A stretch of DNA of 64,000 nt from Eledone cirrhosa (lineage: Eukaryota): assembly GCA_964016885.1 (NCBI GenBank), contig OZ024756.1:30504001-30568000 (forward strand). The letters run 5' to 3'. The notes under the pieces were generated by a model. The model was not told the origin of the DNA. It ran no database searches and saw nothing but the letters and a program-made list of their open reading frames with translations. The position numbers were made by a program, and so were the translations under genes. Positions 1-20,605 of this stretch are shown one piece after another (positions within the stretch are counted from its first letter, which is position 1; each line of letters begins with the position of its first letter).

Positions 1-21
1 TGATGATGATTAAGATGATGA

Positions 22-218
22 TAATAATTGTTTCTACCCTTGGCACAAGGCCAGCATTTATCCCAGTGCATTACTGGTACTTTAATTTTTTGACCAACTA
101 GGGATGATAGGCACAGTTAAACTCGGCTGGATTTGAATTGTAACCGTAAAGGGCCGCAACTCTATGCCGCAAAGCATGTTGTTCGACGCTCTACCGGCAG
201 TGCCAATGCACCTCCCTT
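22..218 (-). mobile_element. tRNA-derived SINE (family S), diverged copy
   Basis: Reverse complement matches the ~190 bp unit at 18141-18331 (TTGGCA..CGGTAGAGCGTCG head, AAGTACCAGTAATGCACTGGG core, CCTTGTGCC..TAGAAACAATT end). Confidence 0.85.
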
Positions 219-240
219 AAGATGATGACAAGATGATGAT

Positions 241-297
241 AATAATTGTTTCTACTATTGGCACAAGGCCAGCAATTACCCAGTGCATTACTGGTAA
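241..297 (-). mobile_element. SINE S 3' fragment
   Basis: aataattgtttctactattggcacaaggccagcaattacccagtgcattactggta. Confidence 0.8.
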
Positions 298-299
298 TA

Positions 300-476
300 A
301 TGTTGATGATGATGATGATAATCATCAGGATAATGATGATGATGATGATCATCATCATCATCATCATAATGATGATGATAAAGATGATGATGATGATGAT
401 AAAGATGAAGATGATGATGATGTTGATGAATATGATGATGATGATGACGATGATGATGATGATGATGATGATGATG

Positions 477-513
<37 letters not shown>

Positions 514-515
514 GG
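300..515. repeat. (GAT)n microsatellite with a short inverted (CAT)n patch
   Basis: Direct reading. Confidence 0.95.
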
Positions 516-659
516 ATACTGTTTTGATTGTAGGTTAAAACATTCCAACTGAATTGTACCAAATGACTGTTAAAATTGTTTGCATGGATGCTTGTTAAAC
601 ATGGTGTTATGAAGTACAGCGACGTAACACGAACTATGACGTCTAAACGTAGCTAGTGA

Positions 660-1460
<801 letters not shown>

Positions 1461-1662
1461 TGTAAGCGCGCGCGTGTGTTTGCTTGTGTTTGTTAAGACA
1501 CTAATGTGACCCAGACTGACACTCTCTAAGACAGATAGATTGACTTTCACGTGCTTCCTACACCCGGAAAAAAGCTTTTATGGATTTCTAAACAATCAGG
1601 GTAAAAGCAAAACATACGTTACACATAGACATAAACATTCTTTCTTGTACACACACACACAG

Positions 1663-1727
<65 letters not shown>

Positions 1728-1829
1728 AATGCATATTACGAAGAGGGAGAAAGAGGGAGAAAGAGAGAGAGAGAGATGCGTGAAGAGAAAAGTAAACAAC
1801 TAAATAGTGGGGGATGAGAGAATAAAGAA

Positions 1830-1883
<54 letters not shown>

Positions 1884-1971
1884 GGAGAGAGGGTGACATT
1901 TATATATATATATATATATATATATAAATATGATATATATATATAGATGCATAAATATACATATATATATA

Positions 1972-2032
<61 letters not shown>

Positions 2033-2363
2033 TGCATATATATATACACATATATATATATATGCATATACATATATATCTGCATATATATATATAATAT
2101 ATAAAGGGAGAGAGAGAGATAGAGAGCTAGAAAGAGAGAGAGAGAGAGATGAAACTATAAACAAACTGAAATAAAGATGACTTTTGACAGTTGCACTTCC
2201 TGCATGAAAAAAGCAGAAGGCTCTACTAACGACCAATTTGTATTAAGTGATTCTTTTATTCGTGTTTTTATTTTCCCCTTCCCACGATTCATCTATCTAT
2301 TAAAACACACATATACATATATACGTACATACCAACAAATGTACATATTTATATATATATGTA

Positions 2364-2416
<53 letters not shown>

Positions 2417-2585
2417 AGTATATATATATATATATATAAGTATATATATATAAGTATATATATAAGTATAAAAGTTAATATATAAAAATATATATAAGTA
2501 TATATATTTTTATAGTTGTGTGTAGATGCATATATATATATATATATATATATATTTAGAGACAGGGACATAGCTTCCCCCGATT

Positions 2586-2660
<75 letters not shown>

Positions 2661-2685
2661 GTATATATATATATATATATGTATA

Positions 2686-2731
<46 letters not shown>

Positions 2732-2762
2732 TATACATATATATATATACATATATATATAC

Positions 2763-2872
<110 letters not shown>

Positions 2873-3382
2873 ATATATTATATATATATACATATATATA
2901 TATATAATATATACACACACACACACACACACATACACACACACGCACACACATACACATTACACACAAATACACGCATACACACACACACACATATATA
3001 TATGTATGTATGTATTATTCTTGTTAACGATTTGCCACATTTCTATATTATTAATTTGCTTGAAAATAAGTGAAACACAAGTGAGAGTATACAGCTTAGT
3101 GTTATGTTGTTTAACGTTCTCCATTGTATGGATCAGATCACCTGAGTTGAGTTGTAATATATGCAAGTATATACTGGAGTATGTGTATGGGTGAATATAT
3201 TTACCAGTTCTCATTTATATATTTCACTAGTTTTTAAAACAACCTCTAGAGACATCTCATTAGTTGAGCTCAACCATGAAAAATAAAACAAGATGTCTTT
3301 ATTCCTTTTAGACGTGTGAGATAGCTATGGCATGATCGCATCCCTCTCTCTCTGTGTATATAAATATATATATATATATACA

Positions 3383-3424
<42 letters not shown>

Positions 3425-3516
3425 TATACATATATATATATACATATGTATATATATATATATATATACATATGTATATATACATATGTATATATATATA
3501 TTTATATATATAAATT

Positions 3517-3569
<53 letters not shown>

Positions 3570-3893
3570 TATTTTTATTTATATATATATATATATATAA
3601 AGTACCGTATGCTGAGGTTTTGATGAGGCAAACACTGTAATTAATGTCGAGTGACGTAATTTTTAAGGACTGGCGGCTTTTAGACTCACCTGATTAAAGA
3701 AACTTGTACTTTTTTTACAGCCGACCATGTTATTCTTCATTCTTTTACTATATATACACACATATATATATAAATATATATATATAAAATATATGTATGT
3801 TTAGATATATATATTATATGATATGTGTCGGATATGGAAGGAGTTGTAACCACAGTTAATAAAAGGACTCAATACATAGGTAGAACTGGTAGT

Positions 3894-3960
3894 ATACTCT
3901 TTTACTCTTTTACCTGTTTCAGCCATCCGGCTGAGGCCATGCTGGGGCACCGCCCTTGAG
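3894..3960 (-). mobile_element. 3' end of a second SINE-like repeat with an (AAAAGAGT)n tail
   Basis: Reverse complement reads GGCGGTGCCCCAGCATGGCCTCAGCC..GAAACAGGTAAAAGAGTAAAAGAGTA; homologous copies at 9099-9163 and 46913-46966. Confidence 0.65.
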
Positions 3961-4087
3961 TATATATATATTTTTATTATATATAGAGAAATAAAGTCTA
4001 TAGGGATACAACAGTTTCATTCGTATGAAATCACACGTATTTATATGTGTGTGTGTACGAATATGTATATATATATTTTTATATATA

Positions 4088-4358
<271 letters not shown>

Positions 4359-4375
4359 TATATATATATATATAG

Positions 4376-4569
4376 ATAGGAACCAGTAAGACCCCGACGG
4401 CTGAGCTCAAGCCGTTTCGACGGCTAATTCTGGACTGAATTAGCCGTCGAAACGGCTTGAGCTCAGCCGTCGGGGTCTTACTGGTTCCTATTACCCACTC
4501 TACTACCCTAAGTATTGAGTACTTTGGTGCGTTATGGTCCACTTGGTTCCTTACACATTTCCTTCGTTA
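4376..4569 (+). mobile_element. Fold-back element, family A, (TA)n-flanked
   Basis: Perfect 55 bp inverted arms 4376-4430 / 4437-4491 with loop TGGACT, plus ~78 bp tail; carries the 3' half of an HHR (GAAAC-GGCT-TGAGCTC-AGCC-GTC). Confidence 0.85.
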
Positions 4570-4589
4570 TATATATATATATATATATA

Positions 4590-4968
4590 ACCAAAAGTTT
4601 AACAAGGTTCATTGATTAATCAATGAATATAGTTTTACAATAGATTAGAAGCACTCAACAAAGAAGTTTTCTGGAGTTATTAATATTAATTCAAAATATT
4701 AATAAATATAGACATTCATGGGATCAAATATATTTTATTATATATATTTCGGAGGTACTGTGCTATTTCCTCAGTACGTCCTCATCAGATAAAATAAATT
4801 GATGTCTGACATACCTCAACTGTGCTCAATTCCAAGACTGGAATTGAACCATCAGCACATACATATATATATATTATATATATTAATATATACAGTATCT
4901 TTGAAATATATATAATAAAATATATTTCATCACATGAATGTCTATATTTATTAAGATTTTGAATTAAT
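4590..4968 (-). mobile_element. Fold-back element, family G
   Basis: 4686-4760 is an inverted homolog of 4892-4968; tail 4590-4685 abuts (TA)n; contains an HHR. Confidence 0.7.
4733..4794 (-). ncRNA. Type I hammerhead ribozyme motif (family G)
   Basis: TTTTAT-CTGATGA-GGAcGTACTG..CAGTACcTCC-GAA-ATATATAT-A-ATAAAA: stem I 6 bp, stem II, palindromic stem III, AUA cleavage triplet. Confidence 0.8.
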
Positions 4969-5211
4969 CTATTTCAAAATTAATCTATCTCAAAATTAAT
5001 CTATCTCAAAATTATTTTTGAAAAGCATCAGAAATGCGCAACCGGTAAAAACTTAAAACTAAAACTGAATACGAACCAATACTTATTACTAATTTATACT
5101 TATTCCTAATTAAATTATTTTTCACTGGGAAAAATTTGTCAGCATTTTCTTTTCCTTTTACTAAATGCGCATAATATAATACATGGAACTCTTTTAACCA
5201 TCTTTTGCTCT

Positions 5212-5254
<43 letters not shown>

Positions 5255-5500
5255 GTATGTATACTGTAGAGATTAGACAATTTTGAAGAGAAGTTAGCGC
5301 TATACATAATATGATAATATGTAAAACTTCATTATTCAATACGGTGACATTCTCGCCATGAGTTTATTTGATCCAGACTAATTCGGGTGGTTATTTGGTT
5401 ACTACTTTAATTCTAGTATATTGACATGTATAGATAAATATACAAGGACTGGAGCATACTATGCACTCACATATATACCGACCCATGCATAGGCACCCAC

Positions 5501-5616
<116 letters not shown>

Positions 5617-5637
5617 TATATATAGAGAGATATAGAC

Positions 5638-5669
<32 letters not shown>

Positions 5670-5689
5670 AATATATATAAATATATGGT

Positions 5690-5756
<67 letters not shown>

Positions 5757-5787
5757 TATGGGTTTATATATATATATATATATATAT

Positions 5788-5843
5788 AGAATTAGCCGTC
5801 GAAACGGCTTGAGCTCAGCCGTCGGGGTCTTACTTACTCCTAT
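5788..5843 (+). mobile_element. Solo arm of family A inside (TA)n
   Basis: gaattagccgtcgaaacggcttgagctcagccgtcggggtcttacttactcctat. Confidence 0.8.
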
Positions 5844-6115
5844 ATTTATATATATATATATATATTTATAGACATATATATGTATAGACATATATATGTA
5901 TGTATGTCTACATATGTATATATACACTCAAACATATATACAGTACCATACGTCCATAATGGTGAATATTCTGGATGTTCTGTGATATGAGTTGAAAGAT
6001 TTCAAACGAATTTCCGTGTTATTTCTGTCAGAAAATCATTATTGTTTCCCAAGATGGCAGATACAAAATAAAAGACACAAGCTGATGCAAACACACAAAA
6101 CGTCTCTCTCCCCCC

Positions 6116-6213
<98 letters not shown>

Positions 6214-6575
6214 ATCTAATATATCTATCTATCTATCTATCACTCTCTCTCTAACCCTCTCTTACTCTCACGCACCTACATATAAATACGTAGGAACATA
6301 CATATAATCGATTCTCTCTCTCAATATATATGTGTTTGTATATACATATAACTGTATATATTAATATATTAATATATATATTAATATATATAGGTATCTT
6401 TATATATTAATACATGTACATACATATACGAGTATATATATTACTAATACATATCTGTATATATTAACATATACCCATATTATTATGTTTATATATATAT
6501 ATATATATATAATTATATATATATATATACATATAAATATATAAATATGTATATATATATATATATATACATATT

Positions 6576-6606
<31 letters not shown>

Positions 6607-6713
6607 TATAATTATATATATATATATATATATAATTATATATATATATATATATATATATAATTATATATATATATATATATATATAATTATATATATA
6701 TATATTATATATA

Positions 6714-6749
<36 letters not shown>

Positions 6750-6832
6750 TATATATATATATATATATATCTTATATATATATATATATAATTATATATA
6801 TAATATATTATATATATTAATTATATATATAT

Positions 6833-6935
<103 letters not shown>

Positions 6936-6937
6936 AT

Positions 6938-7137
6938 NNNNNNNNNNNNNNNNNNNNNNNNNNNNNNNNNNNNNNNNNNNNNNNNNNNNNNNNNNNNNNN
7001 NNNNNNNNNNNNNNNNNNNNNNNNNNNNNNNNNNNNNNNNNNNNNNNNNNNNNNNNNNNNNNNNNNNNNNNNNNNNNNNNNNNNNNNNNNNNNNNNNNNN
7101 NNNNNNNNNNNNNNNNNNNNNNNNNNNNNNNNNNNNN
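6938..7137. other. Assembly gap (200 N)
   Basis: Run of N. Confidence 1.
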
Positions 7138-11760
<4,623 letters not shown>

Positions 11761-11767
11761 ATATATA

Positions 11768-11819
<52 letters not shown>

Positions 11820-12158
11820 ATATATACATATGTATGTATGTATTTATATATACATGTACACACATATATATATATAATATATATATTATTATAATATTAG
11901 TAAAGAACAGGGAAACGTTATATTTTGACATTTATTCCTCCTTGACTGACAAGTGTTGTTAAAATAGTTTATAAGGCAACACGCATGTACATAAGTAATG
12001 TTTTAGCTTTAATATGTCCTCCTATATGTACTCAAAACAATTCTGAGATGCAGAGTATTTCGTTGTTGTTGTAGAGCAACAAGCATTACAGTTAACAACC
12101 AACCAGATCTTCGGCGCCTAAGTACATACATACATACATACATACATACATACACACA

Positions 12159-12253
<95 letters not shown>

Positions 12254-12354
12254 CATATATGTGTGAGTGTGTGTATATATATATATATATATATGTGTGT
12301 ATGCATATATACATATATATATTATACATATATATATACATATATATATATATA

Positions 12355-12545
12355 TAACAAAGGAATTGTGGTAAGGAACCAGATGGAGCATAACGCACCA
12401 GAGTACTCAATATTTAGGGTAGTAGAGTGGGAAATAGTAAAAAGTATAACCCCGACGGCAGAGCTCAAGCCGTTTCGACGGCTATTTCTGGACTAGAAAT
12501 AGCCGTCGAAACGGCTTGAGCTCTGCCGTCGGGGTCATACTTTTT

Positions 12546-12550
<5 letters not shown>
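12355..12550 (-). mobile_element. Fold-back element, family A
   Basis: Tail 12355-12438 plus inverted arms ~12439-12489 / 12496-12545; (TA)n on both sides. Confidence 0.85.
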
Positions 12551-12621
<71 letters not shown>

Positions 12622-13104
12622 ATAGGAAACGGAGAATCAGTGCTGCGAAGAATAAGATTTATTAGACATATTACATACATACGTACGTATAAATAAATAA
12701 AAAAAATATATATATATTATATACGTATATATATATTTTTTAAAAATTTATATGTATGTGTGCATGTGTGTATGCATATAAATGCATATTCATATACACC
12801 TATATACGTATATTATTGGCATATCCAATATGTATATATATTAAAGTTTGATGTTGATTATAAGGTTACATACACATTTGCATAACATGTATACGTGTGT
12901 GTTCTCTGAATGTATATATGTTACTATGCTTATATATATTTCCAATACATGTTTCTATCTGTGTCTCTCTCAAACTCGCTCTTTATATTTGAATGTGTGT
13001 TAAAATACATTGCCAATGGCTTCCTATGTATGTATGTATGTATGCATGTATGTATGCAAGTATGTATATATACATGTACATATGTATATATATATATATA
13101 TGTA

Positions 13105-13233
<129 letters not shown>

Positions 13234-13351
13234 CTCTATATATATATATATACACATTTCTATTTATATATACATGTACATATATGTATATCTATATGTA
13301 TATATATATATATATATATAGAATGCATCACAGATTTTTCGTTTTCTATTC

Positions 13352-13500
<149 letters not shown>

Positions 13501-13633
13501 ATACATATATATACTTGTTTTTGACTACACCATTAGTTATGGTGGGTGTATATTATACACCAAATTATACATACGTCTACTGAAATACTATATGGATGAG
13601 TTTAATGTATTACTACGTAAAATTATATGCAAA

Positions 13634-13698
<65 letters not shown>

Positions 13699-13821
13699 TA
13701 TAAGTACATTTATGCATACATACAATCATATCTATCTACCTCTGTCTCTCTTTTTCTATTTGTGTCTCTAGATAGAAAGATAGGAACAAATGCAGAGATG
13801 CATACACACACATACATCTCT

Positions 13822-13932
<111 letters not shown>

Positions 13933-13951
13933 GTATATATATATACACACA

Positions 13952-14008
<57 letters not shown>

Positions 14009-14035
14009 ATATATGTATATATATATACACACACA

Positions 14036-14066
<31 letters not shown>

Positions 14067-14542
14067 GCATAAATTCTCTCAGCTTACAATTATATTTGAT
14101 ATGTTCTTCGGGAGATGTACGCATACGAATCACTATTATTACTTTGCATCCAATAAATTTTGAGAATTCTTCATAAATAAGATATAATAGTATTCTTCCT
14201 TTGGTTGGGTAACCAATTTTTTTAGAAAAAAAAATGGTTGTGTATATAGAATTATACATAGTTATATGGAAATGGCTATTCTATATTTTTCTTCGTGGTA
14301 AGCCATTTTCTACCGTTATCTGTGTTAGTGAAATAGTAATTTTCCATCGTAAATTTTACCGTTCCCGAAGTTTGTTTTTTCATTTGCAGTTTTGATAAAG
14401 AAAGATGTTATGTAAACAAGCTATCAGCTCTGCCAAAAACTGGAACTAGTTCTCTGGAAAAATTTACCTTTTAAAATGTTTCTATTGAAATTGAAATCTT
14501 CCAGTATAATTTTATCAAAGAAACTTTTAACGTTACTGTCCA

Positions 14543-14735
14543 AATAATTGTTTCTACTTTTGGCACAAGGCCAGCAATAACCCAGTGCATTACTGGTACT
14601 TTATTTTATCAATCCGGTAAGGATGAAAGGCAAAGTTAACCTCGGCTGGTTTTGAACTCAGATCGTAAAGGCCCGTAACTCTATGCTGCAAAGCATGGCG
14701 CCCAGCCCTCTACCGATACTGCCAATCCACCGCCC
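14543..14735 (-). mobile_element. tRNA-derived SINE S, full length
   Basis: Reverse complement begins GGGCGGTGGATTGGCAGTATCGGTAGAGGG, with B-box-like GAGTTCAAAACC and core GCCTTTCATCCTTAC. Confidence 0.9.
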
Positions 14736-15155
14736 TATGTCCAAATAATGAAATAATATATTTAGCAGTTTCCATAAGCCTCTTCATTAATTACTTGAAA
14801 TGGCTGTGTGCATCAATACGTTCACGAAATGGATAAAAAAAGCAGGACTTCAAAAATAATGGTTGAAGAGAAATTAAAGTATGGGATATGGATAGAGTAC
14901 AAAGTGTCATGGAACATTATCTAGGAGGCGTTTGCCTTTCCGAAGATGGAATTGGAAAGCATTTGATACATAGCGTATTAAAGTAGCGGAGTCGATTGAT
15001 TGTCGGATACAAAGTGTTGCAATATTAGTTGCCATAATCTACTCTGTGGGTTGAAATCCAACTGAGGTAACGTTTGACTTTTATATATTTCGAGATCGAT
15101 ATATACTGTGACCAATTCCTCCACTGAATTATTTTTTCGCTTCTCTACCGATCCG

Positions 15156-15283
<128 letters not shown>

Positions 15284-15307
15284 TTTCTCTCTCTCTCCCT
15301 CCCTCTC

Positions 15308-15431
<124 letters not shown>

Positions 15432-15544
15432 ACTCCAGTTCCTCATTGAAATAACAACCCAACAAGGAACTGGGCATATCAGAGTATTGACAATATTATA
15501 CACCTCAAACAACATATGTACTTGTCTATACCATACTAATTCAA

Positions 15545-15599
15545 ACTGCCTGAAGAGGTCACAGCCAAAGATGGCTGTCACTGAAATATATATAGCAGT
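15545..15599 (+). ncRNA. Type I hammerhead ribozyme motif (family M)
   Basis: ACTGC-CTGAAGA-GGTcACAGCC-aaagat-GGCTGTcACT-GAA-ATATATAT-A-GCAGT; all three stems pair. Confidence 0.85.
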
Positions 15600-15794
15600 A
15601 ATAAACGAAGCTAAATTTTAATCATTTGACTTTTATTTTACTTTATTTTATATAAATATATATATATAAATGGGTATGTGTCGGTTGTTTATCGACACTT
15701 TACTATGCTAGCCAGAGCACTCAGTGCACAGGTGAGGCTGTAAGTCAACAGTTTATTCAGATACACACACACACAAACACATACACACACACAC

Positions 15795-15975
<181 letters not shown>

Positions 15976-16175
15976 CTAAGGTTAGTTCTTCTCTGAGTGG
16001 TCACCTTCATATCTGCAAAACGACTTATTGGAGACAATATCTATCTTTCTCTCTCTCTCTCTATATATATATATTTATCTCTCTCTCTATCATTCTCTCT
16101 CTCTCTCTCTCACTCTCTCTCTCTCTATATATATATACAAAGACAGAGAGAGAGAGAGAGAGAATGACAGAGAGT

Positions 16176-16295
<120 letters not shown>

Positions 16296-16346
16296 AATAG
16301 AGAGAGAGAGAGAGAGAGTGAGGGAGAGAGAGAGGGAGAGAGATAG

Positions 16347-16445
<99 letters not shown>

Positions 16446-16589
16446 GTCTCCAATAAGTCGTTTTGCACATATGAAGTTGACAGATGTAAAATATATTCAC
16501 ACATCCATACCGTACATTCTTCTTTATAGGGAGAGAATATATATTTAGGTAATCCGCTCGTATATCATTGCTGGACACACACACACACA

Positions 16590-16680
<91 letters not shown>

Positions 16681-16706
16681 TATAATTATATATATATATA
16701 TATTTA

Positions 16707-16778
<72 letters not shown>

Positions 16779-17440
16779 TATATATATAATTATATATATA
16801 ATTATATATATAATTATATATATAATTATATATGTAATTATATATATAATTATATATATAATTATATATATATGTATATATCTATATATATATATATGTA
16901 TATATATTAGCAATGTTCGATACGGTTAAATAGATACGTGGGACAAACGAACAAAGTCATCCATCTTTCTCTTCAGCTACCTCCTATGCAATACATAGCT
17001 ATACATATATATACGCATATTTATATATATATATATACATGTATAAATATATTTATATATTTATATATATACGTACATACGCATATACGTACATATATAG
17101 ACACTTTTTGGTGTAAATAAATAAAATAGCGAGAGAAACATTAAAGGAGGTTTAGATATTACATGCGAGGTTCTACCTCACAAACCTTCCACAGAATACA
17201 TCTCCATGATTTAGTAGATGCGAGAGACTTTGAAGGGCCGTTATTGTTGTTGTTGTTATTTTCACCTTGAATCAAGCTGACATATATCTTAAACATGTAC
17301 ATTGGTGTATGGAAACTGCATTACCCTTACACATGCATTAACCGATCCCATGTATAGGGTATATATATATATATATATTTATATATATACACACATATGT
17401 ATATATACATAAATATACATCTCCCTCTCTCTCTCTCTCT

Positions 17441-17522
<82 letters not shown>

Positions 17523-17618
17523 GTGTGTGTATGTATATGTATATATATATATATATGCATATACACGCATGCAGAAACAAACACACGCACACCTATTATA
17601 TATATATATATATATAAC

Positions 17619-17754
<136 letters not shown>

Positions 17755-17784
17755 CACATACACATACATATATATGTACATATA

Positions 17785-17855
<71 letters not shown>

Positions 17856-18140
17856 ATGTGTATATACGTTATGTATGTGTATATATGTGTATACACGAAA
17901 ATATGCCTTACATTATTCTACTCTGAAAGTTACGCTCAAAGAGGCAGTAGATGACAGTAAGATTTATGTCCATGAAACTCGTGGAAAATCTTGAAACGAC
18001 CGAAGGAGATTCGGACGTTGTGTTCGTTTCGGGTTATTTACCCCATATCGCCAATATGTAGACATGCCTATAATAGGAAAACTCTACAGTAATGTCCAGT
18101 ATCCATGTGTATTGTTATTTGCTTATGTTAGGAATGTATT

Positions 18141-18718
18141 ATATATTTGTGGATTGGCAGTATCGGTAGAGCGTCGGACGCCATGCTTTCCAGCATAGTT
18201 ACGTTCCTTTACGATCTGAGTTCAAATCCCGCCGAGGTTGACTTTGCCTTTCATCCTTACGGGGTCGATAAAATAAAGTACCAGTAATGCACTGGGTATT
18301 TGCTGGCCTTGTGCCTAAAGTAGAAACAATTATATATTTGTGGATTGGCAGTATTGGTAGAGCGTCGGACGCCATGCTTTCCAGCATAGTTACGTCCCTT
18401 TACGATCTGAGTTCAAATCCCGCCGAGGTTGACTTTGCCTTTCATCCTTACGGGGTCGATCAAATAAAGTACCAGTAATGAACTGGGTATTTGCTGGCCT
18501 TGTGCCTAAAGTAGAAACAATTATATATTTGTGGATTGGCAGTATTGGTAGAGCGTCGAACGCCATGCTTTCCAGCATAGTTACGTCCCTTTACGATCTG
18601 AGTTCAAATCCCGCCGAGGTTGACTTTGCCTTTCATCCTTACGGGGTCGATAAAATAAAGTACCAGTAATGCACTGGGTAATTGCTGGCCTTGTGCTTAA
18701 AGTAGAAACATTTATATA
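18141..18718 (+). mobile_element. Head-to-tail tandem array of three SINE S units (191 bp period)
   Basis: Units start at 18141, 18332 and 18523; A-box-like TGGCAGTATCGG and B-box GAGTTCAAATCC in each. Confidence 0.92.
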
Positions 18719-18721
18719 TTT

Positions 18722-18914
18722 GTTTTTAGTTTTAAGCACAAGGCCAGCAATTTGAAATGAAAGAGAATGTCAATTAAATCACCCCCTCTATTGACTGGTG
18801 CTTTATTTTATCGTCCCCGTAATGGTGAAACGCAATGCTACCTCAGAATTTATAACTACGTAACTATATGCCGCACAGCATGTTTCCCGACACTCTACTG
18901 ACTCTGCCAATCCA
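18722..18914 (-). mobile_element. Older SINE S copy, tail-to-tail with the array
   Basis: gcacaaggccagcaat..actggtgctttattttatcg..ctctgccaatcca. Confidence 0.7.
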
Positions 18915-18959
18915 TTTTATAAGAACTTTCTAACCGAATTCTTTTACCATCTTGAGCAA

Positions 18960-19250
18960 GGATGGGGACCCATTTTTGCATCGAGAGAGATCTACAAGTA
19001 CATAACAACCTTTAAGAGGTGCATCTATGCTGATGGGTAATGACTGAAAGAATAGAAGCGGCCGAAATGGGGCTCCTCCGAAGGGTCTTAGGGTATCATT
19101 ACTCAATAGAGTGTGTAGCTCGCAGATCAGAGAGTCTTTTCTGGTAGAACAGCTACTTCTCCGAACTGAAAGATCACAGCACCACTATGGGCATGTGGTT
19201 AGAATATCTCAGGAAAGAATCACTGGACAGATTTTATAGGCAAAACCAAA
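18960..19250 (+). mobile_element. RTE-clade (Expander/Rex3-like) LINE ORF fragment, decayed
   Basis: Translates with frameshifts to WVMTERIEAAEMGLLRRVLG..LLNRVCSSQIRESFLVEQLLLRTERSQ..YGHVVRI, typical of the post-RT region of RTE LINEs. Confidence 0.75.
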
Positions 19251-19296
19251 CGGAATATATTATATAATATATTCCGTTTGGTGAATTGGCGGTGAA

Positions 19297-19618
19297 AGGG
19301 CGGTGAATTGGCAGTATCGGTAGAGGGTTGGACGCCATGCTTTCTAGCATAGTTACGTCCCTTTACGATCTGAGTTCAAATCCTGTCGAGGTTAACTTTG
19401 CTTTTCATGCTTACGAGGTCGATAAAATGAAGTACCAGTAATGTACTGGGTAATTGCTGGCCTTGTGCCTAAAGTAGAAACAATTATATCATATATTATA
19501 TAAAGTTAAATCCCGCCGAGGTTAACTTTGCCTTTCATTCTTACGGGGACGACAACATAAAGTACCAGTAATACACTGAGATAATTGCTGGCCTTGTGCC
19601 AAAAGTAGAAACAATTAT
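19297..19618 (+). mobile_element. SINE S full copy (19297-19486) plus 5'-truncated copy (19507-19618)
   Basis: Match to the 191 bp unit. Confidence 0.9.
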
Positions 19619-19736
19619 AATATATAATGTATCGTATATTTTCCAATATATTAGGACTTAAATTGAAGGACTTATTGTTACCATTTCTAGCGGATCTATT
19701 AACCACATTTTTTGCTGACATTCTGATCTTAGTCTT

Positions 19737-19805
<69 letters not shown>

Positions 19806-19871
19806 CTAGTAGTAGTAGTAGTAGTAGTAGTAGCAGCAGCAGTAGCAGCAGCAGTAGTAGCAGCAGCAACT

Positions 19872-19907
<36 letters not shown>

Positions 19908-19922
19908 ATAGTAATAGCAGCT

Positions 19923-19961
<39 letters not shown>

Positions 19962-19985
19962 ATAGTAGTAGTGGTGGTAGGAGTA
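19737..19985. repeat. (GTA)n/(GCA)n trinucleotide microsatellite
   Basis: Direct reading. Confidence 0.95.
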
Positions 19986-20154
19986 GTTGTTGATATTAAT
20001 CGTTTAGATGATTAAGATGATGCTGATAATGATGATGATGATGTTATTGATGCCGATGATGATGATGATGTTGATGGTGAAATAATTTCCTTTCTCATAT
20101 AGAACACTTCCGTTATCAGGTTTCGTTGTGGTGCATACATATATGATGTCAGAG

Positions 20155-20186
20155 GTGTGAGTGTGTGTGTGTGTGGGGGGGGGGGG

Positions 20187-20229
<43 letters not shown>

Positions 20230-20338
20230 CCTGTGTTTGTGTGTGTATGTGTGTGTGTGTGTGTGTGCATGTGTGTGTGTGTCTGTGTGTATGTATGTGC
20301 CTATGTGTGTGTGTGTCTGTGTGTATGTATGTATGTGC

Positions 20339-20381
<43 letters not shown>

Positions 20382-20605
20382 TGTGTATGTGTGTGTGTGT
20401 GTATGTGTGTCTGCGTGTGTGTGTGTGTGTGGGGGGGGCATGTGTGTGCGCGTGTGTGTTTGTGTGTGTGTGCGTGTGTGTGTGTCTGTGTATGTGTGTA
20501 TGTGCCTGCGTGTGTGTGTGTTTGTATGTGTGTCTGTGTATGTGTGTGTGTAAATGCCTGTCTATGTGTCTGTGTGTGTGTGTATTTATGTGTGTGTGTG
20601 TGTGT
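20155..20605. repeat. Degenerate (GT)n tract
   Basis: Direct reading. Confidence 0.95.

Noticed and set aside
3615-3715. TTGATGAGGCA..TGTCGAG and CTGATTA..GAAACTTGTA as hammerheads
   Set aside because: Core boxes are mutated and stem I is unsupported; too weak to call
4376-4491. Family A, E and C hairpins as pre-miRNAs, terminators or TIR MITEs
   Set aside because: They are asymmetric (tail on one side only), have variable loops and arm lengths, occur as solo arms and contain HHR motifs, which fits fold-back retro-insertions better; small-RNA production is not excluded
18141-18718. Possible tRNA genes or CRISPR-like array
   Set aside because: Only A/B-box-like motifs with no cloverleaf; whole units repeat with no unique spacers; dispersed copies show it is a SINE
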